A program made the translations under genes and the position numbers. Positions 36,906 through 45,954 of a stretch of 64,000 bases of DNA are shown here, one piece after another; position 1 is the first letter of the stretch; each line of letters begins with the position of its first letter. The DNA lies in assembly GCA_965232515.1 (NCBI GenBank), contig CBDDPY010000002.1, forward strand, positions 1,920,001-1,984,000. Reading direction: 5' to 3'. This DNA is from Alphaproteobacteria bacterium. Its GTDB lineage: Bacteria; Pseudomonadota; Alphaproteobacteria; GCA-2731375. The notes under the pieces are model-generated. The model did not search any database. It was not told the origin of the DNA and saw nothing but the letters and a program-made list of their open reading frames with translations.

Positions 36906-39673
36906 GCCGCGCCTCCCTGCCGCAATATGGCCGCGCGCACCCGGTCGGGCGTCGCCGGCAGCTTGTAGATCCGCACGCCGGTCGCGTCGTGGATCGCGCC
37001 CAGGATCGCCGGCGCGGTCGGCACCAGGCCGGGCTCGCCGACGCCCTTGGCGCCGAACGCCGCCGTCGGCTCCGGGTCCTCGATCAGGATGGTCTCGATC
37101 TTGGGCATGTCGCCGAACGTGGGGATCAGATAGTCGTGCAGGTTTTCGGTGACGCCGGGCAGGTATTCCTCCATCAGCGCCAGGCCCAGGCCCTGGGCGA
37201 TGCCGCCATGGATCTGCCCTTCGACCAGCGCCGGGTTGATCGCCCGGCCGACATCGTGCGCCGCCACCATGCGCAGGACCCTGGTGGTGCCAAGCTCCCG
37301 GTCGACCTCGACCACCGCGAACTGCGCCGCGAAGGCGTAGGTCGCGTACGGCACGCCCTGCCCGTCCGCGTCGAGCGTCGTGGTCGGCGGATCGAAGCTC
37401 CCGACGCCGCTCAACACATGGCCATCCGCGTCGACGGCCATGTCGGCAAGGCCGATGCGCCGCACCACCGCGCCGTCCTCGATCTCCAGCTCGCCGTCGC
37501 CGATATGGATCACCGCGTCGCCGCCGGCATTGGCCAGCCGCAGGATCTGCGCCCGCAGGTCGGCGGCGGCCCGCGCCACCGCGTTGCCGGAGACGAAGGT
37601 CTGCCGCGAGGCCGAGCTCTTGCCGGCGTCCGCCGTGCGGTCGGTATCGCCGAACACCTGGTTGATGCGGTCGAAGGGGATACCGAGCGCGTCGGCGCAG
37701 ATCTGCGCCATGATCGTGTGGCTGCCCTGGCCGATGTCGATGGCGCCGTTGTAGAGCGTGACGCCGCCGTCCGGCGACAGCCCCACCTTCATGGTCGACG
37801 GGTTCGACATCGAGGTATTGCCGATGCCGTACCACATGCAACCGATGCCTAAGCCTCGCTTCGCAACACGTTGATTTTCATTGAATTCCGCGACATCCGC
37901 CTTGGCCTGCCGCCAAGCCGGCCGCAACGCTTCCAGGCACGCGGCCAGGCCCGCGCTGGCGTCGAGCGTCTGGCCCGTCGCGGTGACGTCGCCGACCCGA
38001 AGCGCGTTCGTCAGCCGGAAGTCCAGCCGGTCCATGCCGACGTCGGCCGCCAGCATGTCCATGCAGGCCTCGTGCGCGACGGCGGCCTGCGGCACGCCGA
38101 AGCCGCGAAAGGCGCCGGCCGGCGGCGCGTTGGTGAACCACGCCCGGCCCTCTGTGCGCACGTTGGCGACGGCATAGGGTCCCATGGCATGCACCGGCAC
38201 GCGGCCGGCGACCGTCGGGCCCCAGGAGGCATAGGCGCCGGTGTCGAAGTCGGCCGCGATGTCGGCGGCGACCAGCTTGCCGTCCGCGTCGCAGCCGAAG
38301 CGGGCCTCGACGCGGGCCGGGTGCCGCTTGGTCGTCGCCGCCATGGATTCCGGCCGCGTGTAGACGCAGGCCACCGGCCGATCCAACCGCCAGGCCGCGA
38401 CCGCGACCATGGGCTGCAGCGACTGATCGAGCTTGCCGCCGAAGCCGCCGCCGCAGGCCGTCGGCACGATGCGCACGGCGTCCGGCGCGATGCCCAGCAC
38501 GTGCGCCGTCTCGTCCCGGTCCATGTAGGGCGTCTGCGTGGTCGCATGCACCTCGATACGGTCGCCGACGCGCTCGGCGAAGCCCGCCTCGGGCTCGATA
38601 TAGGCATGCTCGACGAAGCCGGTCTCCCAGACGCCGGCCGCCACATGCGCGCAAGCTTCAAGCGCCGACGCGGCATCGCCGGAGACGACACGACCCGAGG
38701 TCAGGAAGTTCCCCGGCTTGTCGGCCTGCACCAGCGGCGCATCAGGAGCACGCGCCGCGGCGATACCGGTGACCGGCGCGAGCGGCGTGTACCGGATCGG
38801 TATCTCGTCGTCGCGAATGGCCTCGACGGTTGTCCGGTCGCCGACCAGCGCCAGCACCGCCTCGCCGCGATACCGGACCAGGCGATCGGCGAACACCGGT
38901 TGATCCTTCAGATCAGCATAGATTCCGAAGTTATTGTTTCCGGGCACATCCTTCGCGGTCAGCACCGCGGCCAGACCGGGCCATCGGGCGCGCAGGTCGT
39001 CGAGATCGCCGAGTTCGAACGTGGCGCTGGCATGGGGCGCGCGTACGGCCCGCAGCCACAGCGCACGGTCGGGGATGACGTCGGCGCCGAAATCGGCATC
39101 GCCCGTCAGCTTGGCGACGCCGTCGACCCGGCCGACCCGCGCCCCCACCGCGGCGCCGTGCGCGGCGCCGGGCGGCAGGCCGACATCGGCGGCGTCCATC
39201 ACCGCCTCAACGATCTTCTGGTAGCCGGTGCAACGGCACAGCACGCCGCCCAGCGCATCCATCACCTCTTCCTCGTTCGGATGCTGCTTGCGCGCCAGCA
39301 CGTGCGCCGCGGCGGCCAGCATGCCCGGCATACAGATCCCGCACTGCGCCGCGCCGTGCCGGTGGAAGGCCTGTTGGATCCGGTTCAGCGTGCCGTGCGC
39401 CATCATGCCCTCGACCGAGACCACCATCTTGCCGTCGGCGTGGGCCGCCGGGACCATGCAGGCGCAGACCTGTGCGCCGTCCAGCAGCACCGTGCAGGCG
39501 CCGCAATCGCCGGCGTTGCAGCCGACCTTGACGCCGGTGAAGCCGAACTCGTCGCGCAGCGCGTCGGACAGCCGTTGCAGTGGCAAGACACGCGCCGTCC
39601 GCCGCTGACTGTTCAGGAACAGCGAAATCTCCACGCGGCCGTCATCGTCGCTGATGGGGGCCGCGTCGCTCAT
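36902..39673 (-). CDS. Xanthine-oxidase-family molybdenum hydroxylase, fused 2x[2Fe-2S] and Mo-binding subunits (nicotinate dehydrogenase-like)
   Basis: GCNAGDCGAC, QCGIC.PG, LCRCTGY; GGGFGGK, AFRGFG, SRQT, KGVGEPG. Confidence 0.88.
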   Translation of the reverse strand: MSDAAPISDDDGRVEISLFLNSQRRTARVLPLQRLSDALRDEFGFTGVKVGCNAGDCGACTVLLDGAQVCACMVPAAHADGKMVVSVEGMMAHGTLNRIQQAFHRHGAAQCGICMPGMLAAAAHVLARKQHPNEEEVMDALGGVLCRCTGYQKIVEAVMDAADVGLPPGAAHGAAVGARVGRVDGVAKLTGDADFGADVIPDRALWLRAVRAPHASATFELGDLDDLRARWPGLAAVLTAKDVPGNNNFGIYADLKDQPVFADRLVRYRGEAVLALVGDRTTVEAIRDDEIPIRYTPLAPVTGIAAARAPDAPLVQADKPGNFLTSGRVVSGDAASALEACAHVAAGVWETGFVEHAYIEPEAGFAERVGDRIEVHATTQTPYMDRDETAHVLGIAPDAVRIVPTACGGGFGGKLDQSLQPMVAVAAWRLDRPVACVYTRPESMAATTKRHPARVEARFGCDADGKLVAADIAADFDTGAYASWGPTVAGRVPVHAMGPYAVANVRTEGRAWFTNAPPAGAFRGFGVPQAAVAHEACMDMLAADVGMDRLDFRLTNALRVGDVTATGQTLDASAGLAACLEALRPAWRQAKADVAEFNENQRVAKRGLGIGCMWYGIGNTSMSNPSTMKVGLSPDGGVTLYNGAIDIGQGSHTIMAQICADALGIPFDRINQVFGDTDRTADAGKSSASRQTFVSGNAVARAAADLRAQILRLANAGGDAVIHIGDGELEIEDGAVVRRIGLADMAVDADGHVLSGVGSFDPPTTTLDADGQGVPYATYAFAAQFAVVEVDRELGTTRVLRMVAAHDVGRAINPALVEGQIHGGIAQGLGLALMEEYLPGVTENLHDYLIPTFGDMPKIETILIEDPEPTAAFGAKGVGEPGLVPTAPAILGAIHDATGVRIYKLPATPDRVRAAILRQGGAA

Positions 39674-40509
39674 CCCGCCCTCACTTCTGCGAGCAAACGG
39701 CGCACCAACGTCAGCGCCGCATCCCGCCGATAGTCCGCCGTGCCGCGGCAATCGTCGATCGGCGACAGCGCCGCGAGGTGCGTAGAATCAACAAGACTTT
39801 CCATTGGAATATCAATGGATTGTCCAACTAAGCTCGCTTCAAGTCCGAACAATCGACAAGCCACCTCCGAGCACGAACCGACGGCAATTCGGGCCGCGGT
39901 CACACGCCGGTCGGCGTCCAAGGCGAGGACGCCCGCCGCCATGACGATCGAAATCACCAGGTAGCGCCGGCTGCCGAGCTTGAGAAAGTGGCCGCGCGAA
40001 TCGTCGGCGGGCTTGGGCACGATGATGGCGGTCACCAACTGGTCGGCCGAACGCCGCGTCCGGCGATTGCCGGTAATGAAGTCGGCCAACGGCAGGGCAG
40101 CCAGCCCCGCCGGTCCCGACAGCTCGACGCGGGCGTCCAGGCTCAACAGCGGCGGTACGCCGTCGGCCGCGGGCGAGGCATTGCAGATATTGCCGGCGAC
40201 GGTGCCCATGTTCTGGACCTGCATGCCGCCGACTTCCCGCGCCGCCAGCTTCAGCCCGTCGAAACAGGCCGGCAGCTCGGCCTCGATCAGGTCGGTCCAC
40301 GTCGTGGTCGCGCCGATGCGCCAGTGGTCGCCGGCATCGGCGATGCCGCGTAATTCCTCGATGGCGCTGATATCGAGTACGTCGTCGTCGAGCGGCTTGC
40401 CGACCCGTGCGGGGTAAAAATCGGTGCCGCCGGCAATCACCGTCAGGTCGCCCGCCGCCAGCGCCGCGACCGCCTCCGCTACAGCTGTCGGACGGACATA
40501 CCTGCCCAT
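39670..40509 (-). CDS. FAD-binding subunit of molybdenum hydroxylase (CoxM/XdhB-like)
   Basis: IAGGTD, IGATTT, QVQNMGTVAGNICNASPAAD, PIDD.RGTADYR. Confidence 0.9.
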   Translation of the reverse strand: MGRYVRPTAVAEAVAALAAGDLTVIAGGTDFYPARVGKPLDDDVLDISAIEELRGIADAGDHWRIGATTTWTDLIEAELPACFDGLKLAAREVGGMQVQNMGTVAGNICNASPAADGVPPLLSLDARVELSGPAGLAALPLADFITGNRRTRRSADQLVTAIIVPKPADDSRGHFLKLGSRRYLVISIVMAAGVLALDADRRVTAARIAVGSCSEVACRLFGLEASLVGQSIDIPMESLVDSTHLAALSPIDDCRGTADYRRDAALTLVRRLLAEVRAG

Positions 40510-40661
40510 GCCGCACTCATTCCCCATGCCGCAAACTTGTTTGTGTACATATGAATTTTGCGGGTCGACGGCGGTGGCTGTCAAGGTCGGGCATGGGCGT
40601 CAGCCTCTGAACGACCTGAATTTGACACCGGATTTGCGCTGGCTCAAAGCGTCACGAATTC

Positions 40662-40676
40662 TTAATGATTTACTAA
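40662..40676 (+). promoter_or_regulatory. Probable CtrA box (TTAA-N7-CTAA)
   Basis: Near-consensus box in an AT-rich intergenic segment upstream of the small ORF at 40766. Confidence 0.45.
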
Positions 40677-40765
40677 TAGACAACACCAGCAACAGATCGT
40701 CGATTGCGCGGCGGGTCCCAGGGCCGGTCGCCGTCCGATCACCGGCACGGGGGTTATGCAATCTT

Positions 40766-40993
40766 ATGGGCCGCGTCATCAGCAATGCGCGCGACTACGA
40801 TACGGCATTACGCGAACTGATCGACCTCAGGTTCGAACGCCAATCTGCCAACAGCGCGGCGATCGCCCGCCTGGAATCCGCGATCTATAAATATGTGAGG
40901 CAACGCCAGCAGGCGGCCGATGAAACGACGGCGCCCGCGGCGCGCGGCGCGACTAGCCCGCGTCAAGAAGCGACAGCATATCGTCAAGGGTAA
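40766..40993 (+). CDS. Small hypothetical helical protein
   Basis: MGRVISNARDYDTALRELIDLR...LESAIYKY amphipathic pattern; overlaps the 3' end of the FNR-like gene. Confidence 0.45.
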   Translation: MGRVISNARDYDTALRELIDLRFERQSANSAAIARLESAIYKYVRQRQQAADETTAPAARGATSPRQEATAYRQG

Positions 40994-42266
40994 CGAGCTT
41001 ACGGCGCGGCGCCGGATCGGTTGCGGCGGCCGTCTCGGCCGCGTCGATCCGCTTCCATTCCTCATAGCCCACGCGGCGGACACCGCGCTCGTCCAGGAGC
41101 GATTCCAGAGCCGCACGCCCCGGCTTGTCGCTGCCCGAACCGTGATCCTCGACGATCTGCGCCGCGGCGGCCTGCCCGTCCGGGCGGTTGGTGGCGATGG
41201 TGCCGGTCGGACCGCGCTTGGCCCAGCCGACGGCATAGAGCCCGTCGTCGACCCGGCCATCGTCGTTGACGAAGCGGCCCTCGCGATCGTCGAAGGCGAC
41301 TCCCTCGATGCCGCTCGACCGATAGCCGATGGCCGGGATCACCAGGCCGCATTCGACATCGAAAAACTCGCCGGTGCCGACGGCGCGGCCGCCCTCGACC
41401 TTGGTCCGCTCCAGCCTTAGGCCCTCGACCCGGTCACCGCCCAGCACCTCGACCGGCGCGGCATAGAATTCGAAATGCACGCGTTTCGGCAGCTCGTCGG
41501 CCTTGCGTTCGGCGAAGTCCTTCAATGTCGCCAGGTTGCGCGCCTTCAACCGGGCATCGCGGTCCGACAGTCCGGGGTCGTCGACCTCGTCCGGCAGCAC
41601 GGCGGCATCGACAACCGGCACGCAGGTCTCCAGCTTGCCCATCTCGCGCAGCTCAACATTGGTGAACTTGGCCTCGATCGGACCGCGCCGGCCGAACATG
41701 TAAACGTCCGTCACTGAACCGGCCTGCACCGCGTCCAACGCGTAGTCGACGATATCTGACGTCGCCATTTCTTCGCGGGTCTTGACCAGCACCCGGGCGA
41801 CATCGATCGCAACATTGCCGTTGCCGATCACCGCCACCGCCGAGGTGTCGAGATCCGGATTCACGTCCCGGAAATCGGGATGGCCGTTATACCAGCCGAC
41901 GAAAGCGGCCGAGCCGATGACGCCGGCCTTGTCGCTGCCGGGAATGCCGAGCGGCCGATCGAACGGCGCGCCGACAGCCAGCACAACGGCGTCATAGACC
42001 GCCCGCAACTCGTCCAGCCCGACGTCGCTGCCGACCTCGACATTGCCGAAGTAGCGCACATCTGGCTGCGAGGCCGTCTTGTCGTAGTTGCGCTGAACGT
42101 TCTTGGTGGTCTGATGGTCCGGCGCCACGCCATAGCGGATCAGGCCGAACGGCGCCGGCAGGCGCTCGATGATGTCGATCTGGCAATCGGCCTCGTTCTT
42201 CAACAGAGCTTCGGCCGTATAGAACGCCGCCGGGCCCGAGCCGACGATGGCTACACTAATGGAAAT
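40953..42266 (-). CDS. Ferredoxin/adrenodoxin-NADP+ reductase-like flavoprotein (FprA type); probable AUU start
   Basis: The FAD motif VAIVGSGPAAFY lies upstream of the track start; PFGLIRYGVAPDH, IGNGNVAIDVAR, GWAKRGPTG. Confidence 0.85.
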   Translation of the reverse strand: MSISVAIVGSGPAAFYTAEALLKNEADCQIDIIERLPAPFGLIRYGVAPDHQTTKNVQRNYDKTASQPDVRYFGNVEVGSDVGLDELRAVYDAVVLAVGAPFDRPLGIPGSDKAGVIGSAAFVGWYNGHPDFRDVNPDLDTSAVAVIGNGNVAIDVARVLVKTREEMATSDIVDYALDAVQAGSVTDVYMFGRRGPIEAKFTNVELREMGKLETCVPVVDAAVLPDEVDDPGLSDRDARLKARNLATLKDFAERKADELPKRVHFEFYAAPVEVLGGDRVEGLRLERTKVEGGRAVGTGEFFDVECGLVIPAIGYRSSGIEGVAFDDREGRFVNDDGRVDDGLYAVGWAKRGPTGTIATNRPDGQAAAAQIVEDHGSGSDKPGRAALESLLDERGVRRVGYEEWKRIDAAETAAATDPAPRRKLVTLDDMLSLLDAG

Positions 42267-42354
42267 CGGACTGCCTCCCTGCTGCCGGTTTCACCTTGTT
42301 GTTCTTGAACGCGATGGCGAAGCCCGCAATCGGCCGGACGCCGTGTTCATACGC

Positions 42355-43380
42355 TCAGGCGTCCACCGTCCAGGTATGGCCGGACCGCAGCAGGTCGTTG
42401 AGGCTCGGGGTCGGCCCCTTGGCTTTCGCCGCAGTGGCCTGTTCGGCAACCGCGGCCTCATAGGTCGGCGCCGGGTCGCAATAGAGCACGCCGACCGCGA
42501 CCGGATGCGGCGGCTCGAGGCGGCACAGCAGGCCGGCGAGCGTCCGGTTGGTCTCGTCATGCACCAGCAGGTCGGCCTCGGTGACGCCGTTCTCGCCGAT
42601 GGTGACGATCTCGAGTTCGACAGCGCCGGGCTTCATGCGCAGGCCCTTGTCGCGCTCCTTGCCGAAAATCAGCGGCTGGCCGTGCTCGACATGGATCTGC
42701 ATGTCCTGGGCGACGGCCTTCTCGGTGAAATCGCTGAAGGCGCCGTCGTTGTAAACGATGCAGTTCTGGAAGATCTCGACGAAGGACGTGCCCCTGTGCG
42801 CATGCGCCCGCTGCAGCACGCCCGGCAGGTGCTTCTGCTGGGTGTCGATCGAGCGGGCGACGAACCGGGCGCCGGCGCCGAGCGCGAACTGGGTCGCGGA
42901 GACCGGCCGGTCGACCGAGCCCATCGGCGTCGACGGCGAGCGCGTGCCGACGCGCGAGGTCGGCGAATACTGGCCCTTGGTCAGGCCGTAGATCTCGTTG
43001 TTGAACAACAGCAGCTGCAGATCGACGTTGCGGCGCAGCAGATGCAGCATGTGGTTGCCGCCGATCGACAGACCGTCGCCGTCGCCCGTCACAACCCAGA
43101 CATCGAGATCTGGGTTGGAGAGCTTGACGCCCGTCGCGAACGCCGGCGCCCGGCCGTGGATGGTGTGAAAGCCGTAGGTCGACATGTAGTACGGGAACCG
43201 CGCGGCGCAGCCGATGCCCGAGATGAACACCGTGTTCTCACGCGTCGCACCAATGTCGGACAGCGACTTCTGTACCGCCTTGGTGATGGCGTAGTCGCCG
43301 CAACCGGGACACCAGCGGATCTCCTGGTCGGACGCGAAATCCTTCGGCGACAGCTTTTCGACAGTTGTCGGGGCGTTCAT
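42355..43380 (-). CDS. korB: 2-oxoacid:ferredoxin oxidoreductase beta subunit
   Basis: WCPGCGD, SGIGC, TPP motif GDGD...NNEIYGLTKGQ.SPT. Confidence 0.92.
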   Translation of the reverse strand: MNAPTTVEKLSPKDFASDQEIRWCPGCGDYAITKAVQKSLSDIGATRENTVFISGIGCAARFPYYMSTYGFHTIHGRAPAFATGVKLSNPDLDVWVVTGDGDGLSIGGNHMLHLLRRNVDLQLLLFNNEIYGLTKGQYSPTSRVGTRSPSTPMGSVDRPVSATQFALGAGARFVARSIDTQQKHLPGVLQRAHAHRGTSFVEIFQNCIVYNDGAFSDFTEKAVAQDMQIHVEHGQPLIFGKERDKGLRMKPGAVELEIVTIGENGVTEADLLVHDETNRTLAGLLCRLEPPHPVAVGVLYCDPAPTYEAAVAEQATAAKAKGPTPSLNDLLRSGHTWTVDA

Positions 43381-43381
43381 C

Positions 43382-45250
43382 CTACTCCTCCAGGACCGAC
43401 CGGATCGCCGCTTCGATTTCGGCGATCTTGAACGGTTGGCCGTTTACCTTGTTCAGGCCCTGCGCGGGCACCAGGTACTCGCTGCGCAGCAGCGTCTTCA
43501 GCTGGCCCTTGTTCATCTCCGGCACCAGCACGTTCTCGAAGCCGCCCAGCAGTTCGCCCAGGTTCTTCGGCAGCGGCCAGATATGCCGCAGATGGATATG
43601 CGAGCAGTCGAGGCCGATCTCGCGCATGTTGGCGACGCCGCGGCTGATCGGACCGAATGTCGAGCCCCAACCGACCACCGCCAGCTTGCCCTTCTCGGCG
43701 CCCTGATCGACGGTCTGCGGCGGGATGTCGTCGGCGATGCCATCGATCTTGGCGGCCCGGACATCGGTCATGCGCTGGTGGTTCTCCGGCTCGTAAGAGA
43801 TATTCCCGGAGTCGTAGGCCTTCTCGATGCCGCCGATGCGGTGTTCCAGGCCCGGTGTGCCCGGAACGGCCCAGTTCCGCGCCAGCGTCTCGTCGTCGCG
43901 CAGGAACGGATGGAAGCCCTCGGGGTCGGTGCGGAACTCGACCGGAAACGGCGTCATCTTGTCAATATCCGGGATCTTCCACGGCTCGGCGGCGTTGGCG
44001 ATATAGCCGTCGGTCAGGACCATCACCGGCGTCATGTATTTGGTCGCCAAGCGGATCGCCTCGACCCCGACCTCGAAGCAGTCACCCGGCGCGTGGCTCG
44101 CCAGCACCACGATCGGGCTGTCGGCGTTGCGGCCGAACACGGCCTGATAGAGGTCCGACTGCTCGGTCTTGGTCGGCATGCCGGTCGACGGGCCGGCGCG
44201 CTGCGAATTGACGATGACCAGCGGCAGCTCGGTGCTGATCGCGAGGCCGATGGCCTCCATCTTCAGCGCGATGCCGGGGCCCGAGCTCGAGGTCACGCCG
44301 ATGGCGCCGGCATAGGACGCGCCGATCGCGGCGCAGGCGGCGGCGATCTCGTCCTCGGCCTGGAAGGTGGTGATGTCGTGCGCCTTCAGACGGGCCAGGA
44401 TATGCAGCAGCGACGAGGCCGGCGTGATCGGATAGGACGCGAACGTCATCTTCAGGCCGGCGAGCTGCGCGCCGACCGCCAGCCCCCAGGCCATGGCCTC
44501 GGCGCCCGAGATGGTCCGGTAAAGACCGGGCGCGATCTCCGCCGGGCCGATGGTAAATCCGTGTACCGTGCCGGGCAGCTCGGCCGTCTCGCCCAGCGCG
44601 TGGCCGGCGTTCAACGCCGCGATGTTGGCGTCGGCCAGTTCCTGCCGCTTGGCGAACTTCTGCTGCAGCCAGTCGACCGTCGGCTGCCGGTCCCGGTCGT
44701 ACATCCAGTAGATCAGGCCCAGCAGCCACATGTTCTTGCAGCGCAGCGCCTCTTTCTGGGTCAGGCCGAACGGCTTCACCGCTTCCAACGTCAGCTTCGA
44801 GACATCGATCTCGATGGTCTCGAAGTTGCTCAACGTGTCGTCTTCCAGCGGGTTCTGCTCGAAGCCGGCCTTCTTCAGGTTGCGGTCCGAGAAGCTGCCG
44901 GTATCGATGATCGCCAGGCCGCCCGGCTTCAGGCTGTCCAAATTAACCTTCAGCGCCGCCGGGTTCATCGCCACCAACACATCCGGCGCGTCGCCAGACG
45001 TCAGGATATTGCGGGCGCCGAAATTGATCTGGAAGGCCGAGACACCGAAGGTGGTGCCGGCCGGGGCGCGGATTTCTGCGGGAAAGTCGGGAAATGTGGC
45101 CAGATCGTTGCCGGCCAGCGCCGTTGCCTCGGTAAAGCGGCTGCCCGTCAGCTGCATACCGTCGCCGGAATCTCCGGCAAATCGAACGACAACGGATTCC
45201 AGGTGTTCTCTTTCAAGTCCGACCGGGTCGAACTTCTCGGCGGTGCTCAC
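43382..45250 (-). CDS. korA: 2-oxoacid:ferredoxin oxidoreductase alpha subunit (gamma-alpha fusion)
   Basis: FAGDSGDGMQ, YPITPAS, QAEDEI, SSGPG, QRAGPSTG.PT, PEMN.GQ; GTG start. Confidence 0.92.
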   Translation of the reverse strand: MSTAEKFDPVGLEREHLESVVVRFAGDSGDGMQLTGSRFTEATALAGNDLATFPDFPAEIRAPAGTTFGVSAFQINFGARNILTSGDAPDVLVAMNPAALKVNLDSLKPGGLAIIDTGSFSDRNLKKAGFEQNPLEDDTLSNFETIEIDVSKLTLEAVKPFGLTQKEALRCKNMWLLGLIYWMYDRDRQPTVDWLQQKFAKRQELADANIAALNAGHALGETAELPGTVHGFTIGPAEIAPGLYRTISGAEAMAWGLAVGAQLAGLKMTFASYPITPASSLLHILARLKAHDITTFQAEDEIAAACAAIGASYAGAIGVTSSSGPGIALKMEAIGLAISTELPLVIVNSQRAGPSTGMPTKTEQSDLYQAVFGRNADSPIVVLASHAPGDCFEVGVEAIRLATKYMTPVMVLTDGYIANAAEPWKIPDIDKMTPFPVEFRTDPEGFHPFLRDDETLARNWAVPGTPGLEHRIGGIEKAYDSGNISYEPENHQRMTDVRAAKIDGIADDIPPQTVDQGAEKGKLAVVGWGSTFGPISRGVANMREIGLDCSHIHLRHIWPLPKNLGELLGGFENVLVPEMNKGQLKTLLRSEYLVPAQGLNKVNGQPFKIAEIEAAIRSVLEE

Positions 45251-45441
45251 AACGGTTTCCCCGTTCCTCTCTACCAGTACGCGGCCTGCAAGCAAGCCGA
45301 CTCTAGTACGGGCAACATCGTCGCCTCAAGGCGTTCTCGAACCAATAGATAGGCGTGGATGCTGCGTTTATGAATACAACTTCGGCCATGGCCGAGGGAA
45401 TAACATATCGGTGATGGCCGTCCTTGTCCTCGATCAGGTAC

Positions 45442-45888
45442 CTAAGTCAGGCGTTTCAGCAAAGCAAGCAAAGTTCGCTGCTCGTCGGCGTCCAGCGGGG
45501 AGAGCGTCTCCGCGCTGACGCGCGGGCCGTTCGGCAGCAGCCGGGCGACCAGCTCACGGCCTTCGCCCGATAGCCGCAGCAGCGTGCGGCGGCGGTCGTC
45601 GGTGTCCGGCCGGGTCTCGATCAAATGGCGCTCGACCAGCCGCCGGATCACGCCCTGAATGGTCGCCGGATCCATGGCGGTCAGCCGACCGAGATGATTC
45701 TGCGAGGTCTCGCCCTCCTCCAGCAGCCGAACCAGGGCCGCGAACTGCGTCGGCGTCACGTTGCCATCGCCGATCTCGGCTTGAAAGATCGATGTGGCCC
45801 GCTGATGCGCGCGGCGCAGCAGATGGCCGATCTGCGCCTCCAGGCGATAGCCGACGGGCGGCTCCGGTACGGGCTTGCGCTGCGTCAT
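45442..45888 (-). CDS. MarR-family transcriptional regulator (NicR-like)
   Basis: YRLEAQIGHLLRRAHQR, TPTQFAAL, SQNHLGRLTAMDPATI.GVI.RL, D..DRR. Confidence 0.88.
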   Translation of the reverse strand: MTQRKPVPEPPVGYRLEAQIGHLLRRAHQRATSIFQAEIGDGNVTPTQFAALVRLLEEGETSQNHLGRLTAMDPATIQGVIRRLVERHLIETRPDTDDRRRTLLRLSGEGRELVARLLPNGPRVSAETLSPLDADEQRTLLALLKRLT

Positions 45889-45954
45889 CGATCTTCCCAA
45901 ACGGCAACCGGCCAGTCTTAGCATGCCTGGCGGCCGCTGGCCCATCGACCTTGC

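Noticed and set aside
35421-37841. Apparent 806-aa reductase, and likewise the 769-aa kinase (51384-53693) and 474-aa DctQ (49809-51233)
   Set aside because: Over-extended starts running in alternate frames through upstream genes; the true starts are 36905, 52791 and 50673.
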